Shown piece after piece: positions 34,101-38,625 of a stretch of 38,625 nucleotides of DNA. The position numbers and the translations under genes are program-made. Position 1 is the first letter of the stretch; every line of letters begins with the position of its first letter. A model generated the notes under the pieces. The model made no database searches. It was not told where the DNA came from and worked only from the letters and a program-made list of their open reading frames with translations. Source of the stretch: Tubiluchus corallicola (taxonomy: Eukaryota > Animalia > Priapulida); the NCBI GenBank assembly GCA_030141605.1, contig JAQGDQ010001482.1:1-38625 (forward strand), given 5' to 3'.

Positions 34101-35937
34101 AAACAAACAAACAATTATGTTGCAGTAACAGAACTGTCAAATTTATGTACATCTTTTTCCAGATTGGCTGAACATCGCAGAACCGTACAGACATCTCCTA
34201 GGTGCCAAGGTGGGATAGTATTCGAAGTCAAAATCGTAGTCAAATAACATAATTACAGTAATTTACTGGAACTACACATAAAATGCATTAGGCCCAAGTT
34301 AAATATCAAAGATGAGTAAGTGCACTCTCTAATGCTGAAGTGCACTTGACCTTGTACAACACCAATGTGTTTGTGGAATTCAGTAACAAACTGGCAGCTC
34401 CCTTAAACTGACAGTTCTGTTACTAGTAACAATGGTTCGTTTGTTTGTAGTCGGCAATAAATTTCATTTTGATGAAGTCACAATTAACCGAAATTTTTAA
34501 CTTGAAAGACAGAAAATGTGATAGAAAGTTTGAGGCAGACTGGATTTGAACTAGAAACTTTCGCATTACACTAGTTCAATGGCGTTGGTCGTAAACTAAG
34601 ATCCCTGATTCAAACCCGGGCCACTCCAGACTTTCTCACAGTTGTGCTCTTCCTGTCAAGTCTCGTTTCCAAACTGTTTATTTCATTATTATGTTTTTCG
34701 TGGTTTTATATCTAGGTCCAAATATGGAACGCTAAATCTCTGTCTCGCCACAAACTTATTTACAAGAAACGAAGATAATAAAGACTCTTAAGTCTATCAC
34801 AGTAAACCCAGTTTATCCTATGCATGCTTCATTCTTAATCTTACTTTGAAACTTAAAAAACTGTAACTACTGGCTCGCTGTAAGAAGATTAAACCAGATG
34901 TTGTGAATGTGCACTGTTTTTTTATTACTACAGAAAGAAAAAAGACAAGGCTAATTTATGACATTTTAGATTTATAAGAAAAATATAAAAAATCGCGTCT
35001 TTCTACTAAAACGTTTCGTGCAAACGTCGCTCATTGTCAGTCAAGGTAACCAAGTCAAGGTGACCTCTAAATCAAAAAGAAATTCACACAACAAATCACT
35101 GTACGTAAAAGTCAGTGTTAATTTAGTAACACTAAGCAACACACAACTACCAAATTAAAACAGCCTTAAATGCTCTTAAATATAATATTGTTAGCAACGT
35201 GGCTGTACCTGCAAATAATATAAGCTTTGACTAAAATTTGTTTTGTTTTTGTTGTATGTTAACCCGCTAATACACTGAATATTTTAAAAAATTGGTCAGT
35301 AAATCTGCTACTACTAATAATAATGAAGGCACGCAGTCATAAATCATTGTTACTTAAGGTTGTTTTAATTTAACGTTTACGTACGACGGTTTGTAGTTTG
35401 AATTAATTTTTGCTTTATAGAGCGTGGTGTTTCACTCGAGAGTGTGGTGTTTCACTCGAGAGTGTGGTGTTTCACTCGAGAGTGTGGTGTTTCACTCGAG
35501 AGTGTGCTGTTTCACTCGAGACGTTTCTATAAAATGACGCATATTTTGCATTTCCCTAGCGGTTTTGTTCTTAATTAAATTAAAGATCTCTCACCAAAGA
35601 AAGATTTTTAGATTTCTACAGGGATCAGGTTGTACGCTCCGCTTACGCTTAAGCGCGTTCTGAATTTTCTCTTGATAGTTCTCTGCGAGAGTTCTTGCAA
35701 AGAATAGAGCTTGTCTTCAAGAAACTCTAGAGAGAAAACTCTCTAGTCTGAACACGTCGTAAACCACCAGGCAAAATGTTTCCTTTTTCTATTTATTGTG
35801 TTAATAATAGTATGTAATCATTAATCATATCTATTGTAGTCAAATGTTGATAAACTCACAAGCGTTGAAGGTTCGTTAACCCCTGGAAAGTACGAGACGT
35901 CAGACTGTCAGACTTCAATTTGTTGTGGGATAATTCC
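11274..35937 (-). CDS. 5'-partial multi-exon gene: extracellular LRR + LRRCT + tandem Eph-receptor-like cysteine-rich repeat protein; complement(join(11274..11350,11923..12132,13331..13489,14440..14628,15449..15621,18441..18596,23856..23924,31291..31362,31646..31717,35860..35937))
   Basis: All ten exons have AG acceptors, all nine internal ones have GT donors, and phases match at every join (2,2,2,2,2,1,1,1,1). Assembled: ELSHNKLKSDSLTSRTFQGLTNLQRL-HLTGNLINVLTDDIFKDLTNLHGL-YLAENRLQVVPIDSMLNLHHLNLL-NLSANSITYLPDKLGQLQSLREL-DLRRNLINSIHPRAFIGLNQLNLLLNLTFNNLTSLPEAMMSNFYMLEHDSEL-SLYGNPYHCDCQILWF...CSSPPNLKARSL...LPC-GCKEH...GCECLPGFEKSQNKTLQCT-ACEVDYYK...CAACPYGGTT...CNCLPGY...TCK-VCPANFTK...CTPCMLYSYSPEGSTSEDDCTC...QISQS-GSQIAPK...PVLV*. 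About 9 N-x-S/T sequons are present. Start codon and signal-peptide exon were not found. Confidence 0.88.
11700..11903 (-). mobile_element. tRNA-derived interspersed repeat (SINE-like), copy 1
   Basis: A box TAGCTCAGCTGG and B-box-like GTTTCAAATCC on minus; alignable by eye over about 200 bp with 32520..32736. Confidence 0.75.
11923..12132 (-). CDS. Exon (210 bp, phase 1-1), Eph-receptor-like Cys-rich repeat 2 plus S/T/N/Q-rich stalk
   Basis: VCPANFTKEKPGIHNCTPCMLYSYSPEGSTSEDDCTCLYGENDSFLTRSC...QISQS; acceptor ttttttctcgaatcag, donor gtgagt. Confidence 0.9.
13331..13489 (-). CDS. Exon (159 bp, phase 1-1), Eph-receptor-like Cys-rich repeat 1: ACEVDYYKTEYGNGSCAACPYGGTTHSRRGMTRCNCLPGYTATNPFIGDYTCK
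   Basis: Acceptor gtttcag, donor gttagt; CxxxxYK...CxxCP...T...GxTxCxCxxGY pattern of Ephrin_rec_like/GCC2_GCC3 repeats; absent from the ORF track. Confidence 0.92.
13531..14095. repeat. Minisatellite, 42-bp unit (GGTGGRCGGAGCTTTACTTTCATTTAAAAGCTTCTACGTTTG), about 13 copies, degenerating rightwards
   Basis: Direct periodicity; fills most of the intron between exons at 13489 and 14440. Confidence 0.96.
14440..14628 (-). CDS. Exon (189 bp, phase 1-1), Cys-rich linker ending CPPYAINTKDGCECLPGFEKSQNKTLQCT
   Basis: Acceptor tcacaagcag (NAGNAG), donor gtaaga; within ORF 14417..14698; EGF/Eph-like C-x-C-x-PGF motif. Confidence 0.88.
14952..15163. repeat. Compound microsatellite (AAT)n-(GAT)n-(GGTGAC)n-(GGTAGC)n-(AATAGC)n-(AAT)n
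   Basis: Read directly; source of the poly-Y/CY/RH, poly-L and poly-I ORFs. Confidence 0.97.
15449..15621 (-). CDS. Exon (173 bp, phase 2-1), LRRCT cap: SLYGNPYHCDCQILWFIRWM...CSSPPNLKARSL...LPC
   Basis: Matches the LRRCT consensus GNPwxCdCxlxWlxxW...CxxPxxLxGxxl...C; acceptor gtatttttag, donor gtacgt. Confidence 0.94.
16807..17382. repeat. Minisatellite, 71-bp unit, about 8 copies
   Basis: CAGAAATGTTCGCGCCACCTGG recurs at 16817, 16888, 16959 and onward (71-bp period). Confidence 0.97.
17770..18320. repeat. Old degenerate (GAT/GAC/AAT)n trinucleotide low-complexity tract
   Basis: Triplet periodicity with many substitutions; gives M/T-rich and I/V-rich spurious ORFs. Confidence 0.9.
18441..18596 (-). 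CDS. Exon (156 bp, phase 2-2), two LRRs: DLRRNLINSIHPRAFIGLNQLNLLLNLTFNNLTSLPEAMMSNFYMLEHDSEL
   Basis: Acceptor tctttttattgcag, donor gtatgt; lies within ORF 18410..18709. Confidence 0.9.
20749..20795. repeat. (AG)n microsatellite within a purine-rich tract (about 20380-20940; second AG run near 20441-20520)
   Basis: Read directly. Confidence 0.95.
22439..23588. repeat. Minisatellite, 43-bp unit (GGRTATGGCACTGTTGYCTCTCCTGGGCAAGCATAAACAAGTR), about 27 copies
   Basis: 43-bp period; explains the three overlapping 400-500 aa minus-strand ORFs. Confidence 0.98.
23856..23924 (-). CDS. Exon (69 bp, phase 2-2), one LRR: NLSANSITYLPDKLGQLQSLREL
   Basis: Acceptor cttatttacag, donor gtaagt; 23-aa LRR at the end of ORF 23852..24061. 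Confidence 0.92.
27609..27795. repeat. 37-bp direct repeat pair, 150 bp apart
   Basis: AGCAAAAGCTTTTAGGCAGCTGTTCTACATTTTGGAC (27609) versus AGCAAAAGCTTATATGCAGCTGTTCTACATTTTGGAC (27759). Confidence 0.85.
28871..29107. mobile_element. Inverted-repeat element with a hammerhead-like motif in each arm (probable Penelope-like pLTR relic)
   Basis: Arms 28871..28978 and 29018..29107 are imperfect reverse complements. Minus arm: TGTCG-CTGAAGA-T-GACTG(gcagactg)CAGTC-GAAAC-GTTT-GGACA. Plus arm: TATCA-TTGAAAA-TGACTGCAGTT-GAAAC-GTTT-CGAGACA. Confidence 0.65.
30398..30481. repeat. (GAT)n-rich microsatellite
   Basis: Read directly. Confidence 0.85.
31068..31211. repeat. (TGT)n microsatellite interrupted three times by TTCTGCAGTTACTGTTGC
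   Basis: Read directly; source of the poly-C/T/V ORFs. Confidence 0.95.
31291..31362 (-). CDS. Exon (72 bp, phase 2-2), one LRR: YLAENRLQVVPIDSMLNLHHLNLL
   Basis: Acceptor gttgtttttcag, donor gtaagt; 24-aa LRR. Confidence 0.92.
31646..31717 (-). CDS. Exon (72 bp, phase 2-2), one LRR: HLTGNLINVLTDDIFKDLTNLHGL
   Basis: Acceptor ttcttctgttgtag, donor gtaagt; canonical 24-aa typical LRR exon. Confidence 0.92.
31779..32427. repeat. Minisatellite, 17-bp unit (CAATGAGYTATGTRCRA), about 38 copies
   Basis: 17-bp period starting about 60 bp from the exon acceptor at 31717. Confidence 0.97.
32520..32736 (-). mobile_element. tRNA-derived interspersed repeat (SINE-like), copy 2
   Basis: Minus strand GGTAGCTCAAGTG...GGGCTCGAATCCC; shares body and flanks with 11700..11903. 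Confidence 0.72.
34501..34660. mobile_element. Quasi-palindromic element with two divergent tRNA B-box-like motifs
   Basis: CTTGA..TGTGATAGAAAGTTTGAG..CTGGATTTGAAC is the approximate reverse complement of GATTCAAACCCGG..CTCCAGACTTTCTCACA..TCAAG. Confidence 0.55.
35003..35044 (-). ncRNA. Degenerate hammerhead-ribozyme-like motif (Penelope-type relic)
   Basis: Minus strand: TTGA-CTGACAA-T-GAGC(gacgttt)GCAC-GAAAC-GTT-TTAG; one core substitution and one stem II mismatch. Confidence 0.35.
35419..35521. repeat. Minisatellite, 20-bp unit (AGAGTGTGGTGTTTCACTCG) x5
   Basis: Read directly; each unit has GAGTG/CACTC arms and junctions form CTCGAG. Confidence 0.95.
35860..35937 (-). CDS. Exon (78 bp, phase 2-2), one LRR: ELSHNKLKSDSLTSRTFQGLTNLQRL
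   Basis: Acceptor tttcttacag, donor gtgagt; fits the LxxLxLxxNxL register; not in the ORF track. Confidence 0.88.
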
Positions 35938-36969
35938 CTGTAAGAAATCCAGAAAATATTCTAGATGATTTACATTTCCACTGAGAATATACATGAAAAT
36001 TGCTAAAATACCGCCTAAGCTAAGTAAAAAAGACTCGTTAAATGCCAAAAGAACATATAAATGTAGTGAAACATTTATGTTGACAATACAAGCTACATCA
36101 TAAAGAAACCAACATGCAGGTGTAATAGTCTAAGCCAATTTTCATGCACAAACAACTTTTCACAGGCTTTACATTATTATTGGAGATTAACCGAGTGGTC
36201 ATACTGGTGTGTTTTGTAAACGAAAGTTAAACAATGATAAGGCTGGTCGGCGAATGGATTTATAACCATCTAGATTTAGTACTCGGTTTTCGTTCGTCCT
36301 ACCTGCTCTGGCTGTTTACCACATAAAAGGAGGATGTACGTACATTCGACCTTGCCAAATACACCTCTTCCAGTTCAGTGTCTCATCTAGAGGGGTTATT
36401 TTTGCTAATGAACTAGGTTCCAGTCCTTGTTGCTCGGTCCTTTGTAGCTTGCAGTGTGCATAATGGTACGAAATATGGTGCTTTAAACATCTACTGTTTT
36501 GAGACATTATATTCAACACATCCAGATACTTTGAGGCCTTAAGGAATAGCAGGGTCAGAAGTCCAAAACCTTTCCAGGTTTAGTAAAAGGAATCTCAGGC
36601 TTAGTTGCTGCAACGGAAGATAGCAAGCCCAGATCAAAGCCAATCAAGAGCCCTCTCAAGTGTGTTGGACACTACTAATCGGTAACTGACCAATGAGGTT
36701 GTGGTAATTAAACAATGCAGTGTCAGCTGAAAAAGTAATTAAGGTTAGAGGATACAATCTGATAGATCACTAATGAACAGCACAAAGCGAGTAGGGTTGT
36801 CACAGAATCTCGAGCTATCATCAATTATTTACATAAAAAGGCATTTTGTGGCACTTCGAAGAATTTAAAAATGAGATATTTAACGCCAGAATTGGTTAGT
36901 GTTAGTGCTATACAAATGGTTGTGTGAAATTACTGGTTTGATGACTTAATGCTCCTTGTGAGCATTCTT

Positions 36970-37300
36970 CTCATGTTATTCAGCCAGAGTGACAAGGTTT
37001 TTTCTCAAGAGTAACAAAGTCTTTCTCTAAGTTCACCAAAATAACTAGTGTTTGTCTAGGTTAAGCCAGAATAGCAACGTTTTCCTCAGTCAGAGTAACA
37101 AGCTTATTCCTAAATTCAGGCAGAATAACAAGTTTGTTTCGAGGTTCTGGCAGAATAACAACTTTTTTTTCAAGTTTCAGCCAGAATAACAAGGTTGTTT
37201 CTAGGTTCATTCAGAATAATAAGTTTTTTTCTAGGTTCAGGCAGAATAATAAGTTTTTTTCTAGGTTCAGCCAGAATAACAAGGTTTTTTCTGACTCAAA
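36970..37300. repeat. Degenerate minisatellite, 30-bp unit (CTAGGTTCAGSCAGAATAAYAAGTTTTTTT), about 11 copies
   Basis: 30-bp period clearest at 37201..37290. Confidence 0.9.
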
Positions 37301-38625
37301 GTAATAAAGCTTTTTGAGTTGCATAGCTTAGTTTTAATATAAAAGGAATAACAAGTACGCAATCAAATTCATCAAATCGTTTTTAAGCCGCTTAAGCCGG
37401 AAGAGCATAAGCCGATGATATTCTTACTCAAAACTTCCATTCCAATGACTCGTAAACAAAAATTAGGAAACGTTGCGTGACCGCCATGACATCAACAAAA
37501 TGTTAGAAAACTGCAGCACCTTGGGTCCATGTACTTATGTAGGCATATTCAAATAAATTTGTTAGTGGGCTGCTTGTAAAAGATAAATACTCAAGTCGAA
37601 GACTGAAATAGTTCTATTGTGCCTGAAAAACAGACATTACACAACTTATGTATGGTTACCTACTTTCAACAATGTGATCTTAAATATTACCCATTTTTCT
37701 GTTTAGGCCTTGTAAGTAAAAAAAAATGTGCCAAAATTTACTTGTTGTTGTTCGGCATCACTTTTTCCGGCAGGTAAAAAAGAATCTTTACAGCTAGTTT
37801 GCTACTAGTGCCCTAGTAGGTCCCAGAGCCCTAGTAGGCTACCTGTTTGCCTATACAGTAAGTACGGTGATTATAATTTATCGTGTCCCACAGAGTTTTC
37901 TGCTTGGCGTGCCATGATGCTGTTGTTTGTCTTTATACATGTCGTGTCTCGTTCGCATGTAAGCAGAACTTACGGTTGCAGCCAATCTCATCAAGACGGT
38001 AATTGAACGCGTGGGCGTTTGCAAAAAAGCCGTGAACGTGACACGTGAAACATTAAACGAGACAGCAGCAGATGAGCTTAATACTAATACGAAGTTTAGC
38101 AAGCTGAAAGTCAGACAAGTAAAATCAAGAGAAGTTTAGGATAGAATTAAAAATAACGCGCAGTTACATGATAGGTGTAAATATATCTGTTTCTGCATTT
38201 ACTTTTGCTATCACTACCTCATCATCTTGAGCCATGTGTCCTCACAATAGAATATGTGCAAACTTTTCATTTGCTTAAAAATGTAAACTACTTTAATCGT
38301 ATTGTCTAGTATATTACAGTTGCCAGAGTTGGAGGTTAAATAATTTTTTAAATACATTTTATTGATACAGCTTGGAATATAGCTATCCGTAAGTTATGGA
38401 AACTGCCGTCTAGAGCTCACACTTTCATTTTGCTCCACATTGCTGGTGCCGTTCAGCCAAGTAAGCACTTAATTCCAGGCAGCTAGCGACAATAAAGATA
38501 ACAAAGGATTGTGTATAAGTTTTGTTGAAAACGGGAATTTTGATTTTTATGGTGCTTTTTAAATTAATTGCTTTGTTTTCTTGTATGTAAATAATATCCG
38601 TGCTTGTTTTTGTTGTTGTTTTTAT

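Noticed and set aside
34140-34250. Short minus-strand reading MLFDYDFDFEYYPTLAPRRC as a possible exon
   Set aside because: It lies between LRR exons, has no suitable acceptor and shows no domain similarity.
36303-36386. LRR-like peptide TELEEVYLARSNV upstream of the first identified exon
   Set aside because: There is an in-frame TGA just upstream and no phase-compatible acceptor.
37500-37622. LRR-like peptide LRLEYLSFTSSPLTNL behind a strong acceptor
   Set aside because: All three frames from the acceptor hit stops before a good donor, and the conserved Asn is missing.

Overview
AT-rich, repeat-dense genomic DNA from a eukaryote, most likely an invertebrate animal. It is not prokaryotic: it has spliceosomal GT-AG introns, micro/minisatellites and LINE/SINE/Tc1 relics. 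The main content, largely invisible in the ORF track, is the 3' part of a minus-strand intron-containing gene that I assembled by hand from 10 phase-compatible exons between 35937 and 11274 (about 417 aa visible, N-terminus not found). It encodes at least 6 extracellular-type LRRs, an LRRCT cap, a Cys-rich linker, two Eph-receptor-like (Ephrin_rec_like/GCC2-GCC3-type) Cys-rich modules and a short S/P-rich tail with no visible transmembrane helix. The introns and downstream flank hold nine unrelated minisatellite arrays (units 17-71 bp, about 7 kb in total). They also hold several microsatellites, a TA-flanked Tc1/mariner relic, decayed LINE RT fragments, tRNA-derived repeats and several Penelope-type minimal hammerhead-ribozyme-like relics, one in an inverted-repeat element. 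All long ORFs in the supplied track are tandem-repeat artefacts. There is no CRISPR array, and I found no rRNA or intact tRNA gene.
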